This document shows positions 56,159 through 64,000 of a stretch of DNA of 64,000 bases, in pieces. The notes under the pieces were generated by a model. It saw only the letters and a program-made list of their open reading frames with translations. It had not been told where the DNA came from and searched no databases. Position numbers and translations under genes: made by a program. The DNA comes from Candidatus Microgenomates bacterium. GTDB lineage: Bacteria > Patescibacteriota > Microgenomatia > Daviesbacterales > UBA10151. The stretch is taken from contig JACOYE010000009.1 of NCBI GenBank assembly GCA_016182045.1, positions 1,328 to 65,327 of the forward strand, written 5' to 3'. Positions within the stretch are counted from its first letter, which is position 1. The number at the start of each line of letters is the position of its first letter.

Positions 56159-56219
56159 ATGATTGTTCCAATGTTGATGAAATCCATCTGTTTAGGATAG
56201 AATCTACCAATGGAGTGAT

Positions 56220-56849
56220 ATGAAACAGTCCTTGCGAATAATCGATATTTCTTTACCCATCGGCGAGAAAATGGTAATTTTCCCCAACAACCCTCCTGTT
56301 AAATTCAAACCTCTGAGAACACCTACTACCTACATTTCTGAGATCACATTTGGATCTCACACAGGAACTCATATCGATGTTCCCAGGCATATTTCTAAAA
56401 AGGGAATCGGTGTAGACAAAATTAATTTAGATCAACTTATTGGACCCTGTAGGGTTTTAGACATGACCCATTGTAAAGTATCTATCACTACTGATGATTT
56501 TAGAAAAGAAGATATCCAAAAGCAAGAACGAATTTTAGTTAAAACTAATAATTCTCTAAAGGGTTTTAAAAAGTTTTATCCAGATTATATTTATCTTGAT
56601 GGAGATGCGGCAGAATTTTTGGCTTCTAAAAAAATTGTCCTTTTTGGCATTGATTCTTTATCAGTCAAAAAGCAAGGTTCACCTGATACAAGACCACATA
56701 CAGAGCTTTTAAAAAACAATATTGTCATTATAGAAGGCCTAGATTTATCAGAAGTTACTCCGGGCCAATATGATATTTTCTGTCTACCTTTAAAACTAGT
56801 CGGATTTGATGGGGCTCCTGCTAGAACAATTCTTATAAATTCAACATGA
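56220..56849 (+). CDS. cyclase family (KynB-like) metallohydrolase
   Basis: HTGTHIDVPRH, GIDSLS, H...IIE and DGAPAR motifs. Confidence 0.88.
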   Translation: MKQSLRIIDISLPIGEKMVIFPNNPPVKFKPLRTPTTYISEITFGSHTGTHIDVPRHISKKGIGVDKINLDQLIGPCRVLDMTHCKVSITTDDFRKEDIQKQERILVKTNNSLKGFKKFYPDYIYLDGDAAEFLASKKIVLFGIDSLSVKKQGSPDTRPHTELLKNNIVIIEGLDLSEVTPGQYDIFCLPLKLVGFDGAPARTILINST

Positions 56850-57631
56850 AGCTTATTTCTTTAAACACCTATGGTGGTAAATATTTTAAACCACTGATCA
56901 ATTTCATTAGACAGTTTGAAAGTGATATTGACATATTTTGTTTTCAAGAAGTTTTCAGTACAACTTCCAACTTCAAACAATTTCCAGAATATAGAGCCAA
57001 TTTACTGGAAGAAATATCGAAAATCTTACCAGAGTTTAATTACTTTTTTAATCCAGTAATGGAAGAATTGGATACCTATGCAAACCCGGTAGATTTCGAT
57101 TTAAAGCATGGCCTGGCAATATTTGTAAAAAAGGATATTTTATTAAAAAATTATCAAACCTTCTTTCTTTATAAAGATAGTGTTGTCAAAATAATTAAAA
57201 AAGATTTTTCAGATATCCCTGTTAATATCCAATTGCTAAGTTTTATAAAAAAAGATACAGAATTTATAGTTTGTAATTTTCATGGTACCGCTTATCCCGG
57301 ATCTAAGTTGGATACTTCTCAAAGAATTGAACAATCACAAAAGATTATGGATCTTCTTAAAGAAAAGGTTGGTGCAAAAATAGTTGTGGGAGATTTTAAC
57401 TTGATGCCCAATACACAAAGTGTCAATATCCTAGAAAAGGATTTGATAAATTTAATCAAGGAATACAATATAGACAAAACCAGATCTAGATTGTCTCCAT
57501 TTTATGGAAAATCTGATTTTCAAAAATTTGCAGATTATACATTTGTCACAAATGATGTTAATGTTGAAAAATTTGAAGTTCCTGAAGTGGAAATCTCTGA
57601 CCACCTACCAATGATTCTTGAATTTTCCTGA
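56846..57631 (+). CDS. EEP family protein, paralog
   Basis: same motifs as 55382-56158. Confidence 0.9.
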   Translation: MKLISLNTYGGKYFKPLINFIRQFESDIDIFCFQEVFSTTSNFKQFPEYRANLLEEISKILPEFNYFFNPVMEELDTYANPVDFDLKHGLAIFVKKDILLKNYQTFFLYKDSVVKIIKKDFSDIPVNIQLLSFIKKDTEFIVCNFHGTAYPGSKLDTSQRIEQSQKIMDLLKEKVGAKIVVGDFNLMPNTQSVNILEKDLINLIKEYNIDKTRSRLSPFYGKSDFQKFADYTFVTNDVNVEKFEVPEVEISDHLPMILEFS

Positions 57632-57655
57632 ATAATTAACTATTATTTAACATCT

Positions 57656-58210
57656 ATGGCTGTTGAGTCTACAATGCTCGCTCTGGGAACAAAAGCTCCT
57701 AATTTTAATTTAGTGGATGTAGTATCCAATCAACCGATCTCTCTTGAAACATTTAAAGATAAAAAGGCTTTACTTGTCATGTTTATCTGCAGACACTGCC
57801 CTTATGTTAAACATGTGCAAAATGAGTTAACCAAGCTAGGAAGGGATTACCTGGATAAAAGTATTGGCATTGTTGCAATATCAGCAAATGATCCAGCCGC
57901 ATATCCAGAGGATGCGCCAGAATCTTTAAAAGAACAGGCAGAGGAATTAGGATTTACCTTTCCTTATTGTTTTGACGATACCCAGACTACCGCTAAATCT
58001 TATACAGCAGCATGCACTCCTGATTTCTTTCTATTTGATGAAGATAGAAAACTTGCATACAGAGGTCAACTTGATGACTCACGACCAAACAGTGGCATCC
58101 CGGTCACTGGAAAAGATTTAAGAGATGCCATAGATGCTCTATTAAATAACCAACCTATCAACCCTGATCAAAAACCCAGTATGGGATGCTCTATTAAATG
58201 GAGATCTTGA
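57656..58210 (+). CDS. thioredoxin-like (AhpC/TSA) protein
   Basis: CRHCPYV, ACTPDFF, YRGQLDD and GCSIKW motifs. Confidence 0.9.
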   Translation: MAVESTMLALGTKAPNFNLVDVVSNQPISLETFKDKKALLVMFICRHCPYVKHVQNELTKLGRDYLDKSIGIVAISANDPAAYPEDAPESLKEQAEELGFTFPYCFDDTQTTAKSYTAACTPDFFLFDEDRKLAYRGQLDDSRPNSGIPVTGKDLRDAIDALLNNQPINPDQKPSMGCSIKWRS

Positions 58211-58212
58211 AT

Positions 58213-58240
58213 TGTTCCATTGATTTAAATCATTAGAACA
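58213..58240. repeat. 28-bp palindromic site, copy 4
   Basis: TGTTCCATTGATTT|AAATCATTAGAACA; 12 of 14 positions symmetric. Confidence 0.9.
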
Positions 58241-58253
58241 TTTTGTTAATAAA

Positions 58254-58535
58254 ATGCTAAAGCATCTAAATATTAGAGTTTACGGTAGAGTACAAGGCGT
58301 ATTTTTTAGAGTAACTGCAAAGGAAGAAGCAGAAAAACTTGGGATTAAGGGTTTTGCCAAGAATGAACCCGATGGGTCTTTGTATATTGAGGCTGAAGGA
58401 GAAGAGAAAGAGTTGAATAAATTCTTAAGATGGTGTCATGATGGTCCGCAAGCTGCCAAGGTAGATAAGATAGAAATCAGCCAAGGACAGCTTAAAAATT
58501 TTTCGGAATTTGGCAGAGATTTTATTGATTATTAA
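58254..58535 (+). CDS. acyP: acylphosphatase
   Basis: GRVQGVFFR, N..DGS and GP.AAKV motifs. Confidence 0.92.
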   Translation: MLKHLNIRVYGRVQGVFFRVTAKEEAEKLGIKGFAKNEPDGSLYIEAEGEEKELNKFLRWCHDGPQAAKVDKIEISQGQLKNFSEFGRDFIDY

Positions 58536-58539
58536 TATG

Positions 58540-59658
58540 TTAAACAATTCTTTCCCAAGGAAATTCTTCGCGGCCGAAGTGACCATAAATAGCAGTGGGC
58601 AAATAGATTGGTCTTTGCAAATCCAATCCTTCCAAGATACCTTCCACTGATGTATCTAAAATTTTATTCATAAAAGAAATTAAAACTTTATGAGATTTTT
58701 TAGCAGTCCCAAAAGTTTCCACCTCTTGCATAGTTGGTCTTTTTGCTCCAATAAAATATGCAAGTCTTACTTCTGCCTTATCTGCCAATTTATTTGCCAC
58801 CACATTTTTGGCCAAAAACCTGGCAGCATATGCTCCAGATCTATCAACTTTTGTTGGGTCTTTTCCTGAAAAACATCCTCCGCCAACTCTGGCGTATCCA
58901 CCATATGTATCTACTACAATTTTTCTACCTGTCACCCCACAATCAGATGCCGGCCCTCCCCAATGCCAAACACCAGTACCATTAACTATCAAATCCTTTA
59001 TATTTATCTTGAAGCCATACTGATCTAAAACTGGAATTACCACTGTATTATAAAGTTCCTTCTTAACCTGATTTAGGTTGATTGATTCCTCATGTGGTAC
59101 TGCTATCACTACTTGCAAAACCCTTACTGGCTTACCATTTTTATATTCAATGGTAACTTGACTCTTACCATCCGGTCTTAAATAAGGAACCAATTTTTCT
59201 TCTCTAACTTGATCCATTCTTTTTGTTAAACCGTGGGCCAAAGTTATCGGCAGTGGCATAAATTGAGGGGTCTCTCTGCAGGCGAACCCGAACATCATTC
59301 CTTGATCACCGGCACCTTTATCTTTCTTGACACCTACGGCAATTTCTGGCGATTGTTCATGAACATATACTTCAATAGGGGATTTGTCAGAAAAATTATA
59401 CAAAGAATCTGTATATCCTAGTCTTCTTATTTGCTCTTTGGCAATTTTTTTGAAATCTACTTTTGCGTTGGCTGTTACCTCTCCGGCAATAACTACCCTG
59501 TTAAAACCAACCAATGTCTCGCAAGCGACATGACCATATCTGTCTTGGGCCAAAACTGCATCTAAAATAGCATCAGAAATTTGGTCACAAATTTTATCTG
59601 GATGACCGGCACAGACAGATTCAGATGTAAATGTAGTTATACCGTTACTTTTTATCAT
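58540..59658 (-). CDS. metK: S-adenosylmethionine synthetase
   Basis: GHPDK, GAGDQG and GGGCFSGKDPTKVDRS motifs. Confidence 0.97.
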   Translation of the reverse strand: MIKSNGITTFTSESVCAGHPDKICDQISDAILDAVLAQDRYGHVACETLVGFNRVVIAGEVTANAKVDFKKIAKEQIRRLGYTDSLYNFSDKSPIEVYVHEQSPEIAVGVKKDKGAGDQGMMFGFACRETPQFMPLPITLAHGLTKRMDQVREEKLVPYLRPDGKSQVTIEYKNGKPVRVLQVVIAVPHEESINLNQVKKELYNTVVIPVLDQYGFKINIKDLIVNGTGVWHWGGPASDCGVTGRKIVVDTYGGYARVGGGCFSGKDPTKVDRSGAYAARFLAKNVVANKLADKAEVRLAYFIGAKRPTMQEVETFGTAKKSHKVLISFMNKILDTSVEGILEGLDLQRPIYLPTAIYGHFGREEFPWERIV

Positions 59659-59716
59659 AAGAACCTCGCTTCGCGAGAACCTTGCGATAGTTCCGACTTC
59701 GTCGTAATAACTATCT

Positions 59717-59851
59717 AAAAAAACCTCTCATTCGAGAGGCTTAAGTTTCCTCATCCGCCATTAGGCGAGACGGGCACATCTTCCTCTCGGATTGGCACCG
59801 TTTCTTTTCGGTTGCCGTCATGCACCATACGGTACATGAACTCTTGATGCA
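59717..59851 (-). ncRNA. SAM-I-superfamily riboswitch with terminator
   Basis: minus strand GCATCAAGAG...GGCAACC...GGTGCCAATCC...GATG, then CCTCTC-GAAT-GAGAGG-TTTTTT; upstream of metK. Confidence 0.85.
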
Positions 59852-59876
59852 TTATTAGTAAACCATAAATTGTCTA

Positions 59877-61298
59877 CTATTGCAAGGCGTCAGTATTTAC
59901 ACCTTCTTTAAAATCAATTTCCGGATATTTATGTAAAATTTCAGAAAGTGTCTTTTTCAATTTTATATATTCCTCTACATCTTTAGCCTCATATTTTACT
60001 GTTAAGTATGGACCATTTTGAGAAGCACGGATTACTGCCATTAAATCTTCGGTATCAAAACGCACACCATCAATCTCAACATAAGAAGCAGTTGGATAAA
60101 TTGCTTTAATATCTTTGGCAATTCCCTCAGAGACAAGTTTAAACTTGATGCTATCTGGACAACCAACTTTAATCTCCGGGCTACTGTGGTATTTTGGCAA
60201 CTCATCAACGACCTGATCTAAGGACTTGCCCACCCGAGTTAAATATGCCAAAAGCCGCAGTGTCGCATATGCCTCATCATCATGTCCGTAAAAATTATCC
60301 GCAAAAAACATATGACCTGATAATTCCCCTGCAAAAGGAGCTCTTTCTTCTTTTAATTTGGCCTTAATGAATGAGTGGCCAGTTACCCATATTACCGGCT
60401 CTCCACCATGAGCTTCAATCACGTCTCTAGTTTGTTTTGAACAAAGAACATTAAAAACAATTTTTGCACCCGGCATAAAATCTAAAACATCCATGGCAAA
60501 TATTGCTACCAGTGTATCATTCCAAATGAGTCTTCCGGAAGAATCCACTATCCCCATCCGATCCCCATCAGTATCATAAGAAAATCCAATATCTGCCTTT
60601 TCTTTTTTGACTCTTTCAGCCAGTCTTTCTTGAACTTCCCGCTCAGTTGGATCTGCAGTTCCTAGAGGAAAAGTTCCGTCAAGCTCTGTATGCTGCTCAA
60701 TAACTTCACATCCGGCCTCTTGCAAAATTTTTGGTAAAAACATACCCGCAGTTCCATAAATTGTATCTACCACCACTTTAAATTTACCAATTTTCCCGGC
60801 TCTTCTTAAAATATCTTTTTTATATTCCGGAAAAATATCCTTTTTTATTAAAGTGGCTTTTCTATTAAACTTTTTAAACTGTCCATCTTTGGCAATTTCT
60901 TTTAATTTCTGAATTTCCGGGCCAGTCATGGTATCGGAAAAACCAACAGCCATCTTAAGACCATTATATTGAGCTGGATTATGAGAAGCCGTAATCATGG
61001 CTGCTCCTTTAAAACGAAGCGGATATTGAGCAAAATAAACAATCTGGGCCAAAGATAAACCTATATCAACAACATCAACGCCACTATCTAGAAGTCCTTT
61101 AATGAATGCTTTAGTGTATGCTTCAGAAGTAGTTCTATTATCTCTTCCCACAACTACTTCCCAAATTCTTCTTTGGTACAAAAAAGTTGCATAAGCTTTA
61201 CCTAAAAGCTCCATCACTTCTTCATTTAAATCTGTTCCAGAAACTCCGCGCAGATCATAGCCGCGGAATATGTGATCATTAATTGTTGCTTTAGCCAT
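59877..61298 (-). CDS. phosphomannomutase/phosphoglucomutase
   Basis: YDLRG, TASHNP, DTDGDR and GELSGH motifs. Confidence 0.93.
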   Translation of the reverse strand: MAKATINDHIFRGYDLRGVSGTDLNEEVMELLGKAYATFLYQRRIWEVVVGRDNRTTSEAYTKAFIKGLLDSGVDVVDIGLSLAQIVYFAQYPLRFKGAAMITASHNPAQYNGLKMAVGFSDTMTGPEIQKLKEIAKDGQFKKFNRKATLIKKDIFPEYKKDILRRAGKIGKFKVVVDTIYGTAGMFLPKILQEAGCEVIEQHTELDGTFPLGTADPTEREVQERLAERVKKEKADIGFSYDTDGDRMGIVDSSGRLIWNDTLVAIFAMDVLDFMPGAKIVFNVLCSKQTRDVIEAHGGEPVIWVTGHSFIKAKLKEERAPFAGELSGHMFFADNFYGHDDEAYATLRLLAYLTRVGKSLDQVVDELPKYHSSPEIKVGCPDSIKFKLVSEGIAKDIKAIYPTASYVEIDGVRFDTEDLMAVIRASQNGPYLTVKYEAKDVEEYIKLKKTLSEILHKYPEIDFKEGVNTDALQ

Positions 61299-61432
61299 AA
61301 AGGTGTGCTTTTTATACTAACATTTAGAGAAAAAGTGAGCAACTGTTAATTATCCCTTAATCGGAATGGTTTGCTCTAATGATTCGTATCATTTAAATAG
61401 GGTTAAGCGGTGGGGTAATTTTTAACTCGCCG

Positions 61433-62533
61433 TTACCATACCTTCCTAGCTACTTTTGAAACCAATCTCAATTTCTTTTCTTGATCCTTAAATGATAAAT
61501 TATTTCCTCTAGCAACAGATGCAAACCCGCATTGAGTGCTTATTGCCAGTCGTTCTTTTGGTACGAATCGCGCTGCTTCTTCTATCCTTCTTATAATATC
61601 TTTTGGGTTTTCTAATACTGGCGTTTTTGTAGATATGAGACCTAACACCACTATTTTGTCCTCTGGCACATGAGCCAAAGGAGAAAAATCACCAGCTCTA
61701 TCGCTATCAAATTCTAATAATAATCTGTCTACTTTGGCTTTTTTAAATACTATTTTAGCAATTTTCTCATACCCGCCTCTTGCCATGAAACGATTCTTAT
61801 CATTGCCCCTGCATATATGAAGACCTTTTATTCCTGAAAAATCTTCTAATACTTTATTTATCATTTCTACACCATCACTAACTAAAGTATCTGGATTTAA
61901 CCCTTTAGCCTTAAACCATTCTTGTTGAATCGGATCAAGTAGCATCCCAAACTCTGGTGCATCTATTTGTATGTAGGTAACACCAATCCGCTCTAGTTCA
62001 GCCACACCCTCTTTTAATATTCGAGTAACTTCTTTTAAATACTCTAAAGGTGAAGGATAAATTTTGTCAGAAATCCCAGGTACAAAATAATAACTCATCA
62101 TTGTTGGGCTGGGAATAGTGATTTTTTTGGGTTTGTCTGTGATGCTTCTCAAGAATGAGAATTCATCAACAGAGATGTCATGTTTTTTCTGCAATTTTTT
62201 TACTACCCCAACTGTTACCGGATCTATAATTTTATTTCCCTGCATATCAAACCAAATAACTGTATTGCCTTTGATATTCCACTTAAATCCATCAACTGCT
62301 TTCACAAAATTATGGCAAAATACCGGCCTTCGCATTTCTCCATCGGTCAAAACATCAACCCCTACCTTTTCCTGAATACCAACAGCTTCTTTTACTGCTT
62401 TATCTTCAAATCTAACAAATTCTTCATGTGTAATTTTTCCCTCTTTTATTAGAGTTTGAGCTTCTAGTAGAAATTTAGGCCTTAGCATACTCCCAATAAC
62501 TTCTGCCCTAATAATTTTGGGGTTTATTTTCAT
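61433..62533 (-). CDS. cobalamin-independent methionine synthase II family (YxjH-like)
   Basis: GSMLRP, TDGEMRR, HICRGN, LEFD and QCGFAS Zn-ligand motifs. Confidence 0.9.
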   Translation of the reverse strand: MKINPKIIRAEVIGSMLRPKFLLEAQTLIKEGKITHEEFVRFEDKAVKEAVGIQEKVGVDVLTDGEMRRPVFCHNFVKAVDGFKWNIKGNTVIWFDMQGNKIIDPVTVGVVKKLQKKHDISVDEFSFLRSITDKPKKITIPSPTMMSYYFVPGISDKIYPSPLEYLKEVTRILKEGVAELERIGVTYIQIDAPEFGMLLDPIQQEWFKAKGLNPDTLVSDGVEMINKVLEDFSGIKGLHICRGNDKNRFMARGGYEKIAKIVFKKAKVDRLLLEFDSDRAGDFSPLAHVPEDKIVVLGLISTKTPVLENPKDIIRRIEEAARFVPKERLAISTQCGFASVARGNNLSFKDQEKKLRLVSKVARKVW

Positions 62534-63366
62534 AACTCCTCCTTTTGAATAATGACTCTAAGTGAAATAGGACCGTAATCCATTATATGACCCTTAACAA
62601 AATCAGCATCAACTCTTTCCCATTTTTTTTGAGTTAATGTTGGAGGTTCAGCATCAGTAACCAAAAATTTTCTTATGCCTGGTATTGAACACACTACGCT
62701 CCCAAACTCTCCTTTTGAGAAAGCTGCTGTAAATGAAGGAATCAAGAGAGGAACTATTTCTGGTCTAGTAAATTGTAACCTTTCTTCTGATGCTCTGATA
62801 AAATTTGGAGTCGTAGATCTTTGGTAATCAGCAATAACAATATGCCCTAAAGGTACAGTTATACGCAGGAATTCTCTCATAACCATACCTAATCTATCTA
62901 TACTTGCCATCTGATGAGTAGCATTGTGACATATTACAAGATCAAATGAATTATCTGGAACAGGTATACTTTCTACAGGTGATGTAATAACATTAATAGT
63001 TTGTCCATCATTTAAAACTTTTAATGCTTCCTCTTTTGCATGGCTGGTCATTATTTCATCTCCATCATGAAACCAAACGCTTTGTACGCCTAAACCTAAA
63101 AACTCTCTTCCTAATCTTCCAGGTCCACACATAGCATCAAGTATCCGTATTCTTCCAATACTATCTTGACCAAACATCCTTTGGACTTCTAAAGCAAGCA
63201 ACAAATCATCTGCTGACTCTGGGTAATCACACCCCTCTATGTAGGCTCTGGCTTCTCCCTCATCAAATATTTCAGACTTTTCAGGAACTCGGACACTAAA
63301 GTCAAAGCCCCTAAGGCCAAAAGGGTCAGAATCAAATTGTCTTACTTTTAATTCTTCTTGCGTCAT
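62530..63366 (-). CDS. class I SAM-dependent methyltransferase
   Basis: ILDAMCGPGRLG and PDNSFDLV motifs; AAGGAG SD. Confidence 0.8.
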   Translation of the reverse strand: MTQEELKVRQFDSDPFGLRGFDFSVRVPEKSEIFDEGEARAYIEGCDYPESADDLLLALEVQRMFGQDSIGRIRILDAMCGPGRLGREFLGLGVQSVWFHDGDEIMTSHAKEEALKVLNDGQTINVITSPVESIPVPDNSFDLVICHNATHQMASIDRLGMVMREFLRITVPLGHIVIADYQRSTTPNFIRASEERLQFTRPEIVPLLIPSFTAAFSKGEFGSVVCSIPGIRKFLVTDAEPPTLTQKKWERVDADFVKGHIMDYGPISLRVIIQKEEL

Positions 63367-63392
63367 ATTTTCTCCTTTTAGAGCTTTTCATT

Positions 63393-63702
63393 AAAAAAGC
63401 CCTTGCCTAATCACCAAAAATGATGATCAGACAAGGGCCTTCAAAGGCGGTACCACCTTGTTTTCCATTATTGCCATTAAAAAACTCACCGTGTGGTGAG
63501 TCTCGAAATTTTAGCAAAAATGCTTATTCTCGAGTGCTCCGATTTCTTACGACACACTCATGCGTTGTTACGGTTCGCACCCGGCAAAGCTTTTGGCTTA
63601 CAACTCCAGAGGGTAATTCGAATAAATTGCTTGGTAAGCTTTCTCCAACCGCTTACTCTCAAATGACCCCAATTTACTCTACTATTTCTCTATCACAGTC
63701 TT
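63393..63702 (-). ncRNA. T-box riboswitch
   Basis: minus strand stem I with GA motif, AGTA/GAA loop-E and specifier loop GAATTACC; CAAGG-TGGTACC-GCC antiterminator; GCCCTTG/CAAGGGC-TTTTTT terminator. Confidence 0.88.
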
Positions 63703-63753
63703 TACAATATTTAATTGTTAATATAAGTATACCACAAAAAGTCAAGGTGTCAA

Positions 63754-64000
63754 CTATGGGATAATAAACTCCCACGGTTCTTTTTTATTTTTAGTTTCTT
63801 TGGCTTTAACTACAATTTTGCCCTCTTCTTTTAAACCAGGAATTAACTTCTCATTCATCCTATTAAGGATATTGTCGCTTGCTGAAAAAGGCACTATAGA
63901 AGCTCCAGAGGGTATGCTTTTGTTTACCTCGGGATGAGTAGTTATAAAATCTGCAAGCTTCGCAGTAAGTCTCATGTTTTTATCAAGCTGTTGTTTGTTA
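63754..64000 (-). CDS. DUF5647-like hypothetical protein, 5'-truncated
   Basis: frame stays open to the window edge; HPEV..SIPSGASIV motif. Confidence 0.55.
   Translation of the reverse strand, partial: NKQQLDKNMRLTAKLADFITTHPEVNKSIPSGASIVPFSASDNILNRMNEKLIPGLKEEGKIVVKAKETKNKKEPWEFIIP

Noticed and set aside
3768-62452. Numerous 60-155 aa ORFs nested in or antisense to recognised genes (e.g. 3768-4025, 7643-8047, 14950-15417, 27857-28252, 52966-53352)
   Set aside because: Shadow frames with no motifs or initiation signals
63420-63764. 114-aa plus-strand ORF
   Set aside because: Antisense to the T-box leader
1-64000. CRISPR array or cas genes
   Set aside because: No regularly spaced repeat-spacer series and no Cas motifs; the 28-bp repeats are separated by whole genes
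1-64000. Alternative genetic code (UGA as Gly or Trp)
   Set aside because: Full-length genes end at TGA and show no internal TGA

Overview
This is a low-GC bacterial chromosome segment read in the standard code (TGA is a stop). Gene content (split transketolase, archaeal-type AspRS, DUF3048/DUF4446/DUF5679, GT-C glycosyltransferases) and many leaderless starts suggest a Patescibacteria/CPR (Microgenomates-like) genome; this is inference. Core genes include tkt, rpe, rpiB, gltX, aspS, recJ, cca, secDF, comM, miaA, hup, rny, recX, recA and metK, plus RNase P RNA, tRNA-Gln and tRNA-Pro. Accessory parts are toxin-antitoxin genes, three HEPN-like genes beside tRNA-Gln and a surface-glycosylation cluster. 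The most notable unexplained structures are: (1) two tandem leader-peptide attenuators (Phe-rich and Leu/Ile-rich) in front of unknown genes at 19.8-21.1 kb; (2) a small very basic protein followed by two closed, unclassified structured RNAs at 2.3-3.0 kb; (3) a T-box with an apparent Tyr specifier before a methyltransferase/MetE-like pair; (4) an orphan, variant FMN-type riboswitch; (5) a 28-bp palindrome that bounds two genes like cassettes; (6) several palindromic element families inserted in frame in essential genes. All family calls come from reading motifs by eye; no database search was run.
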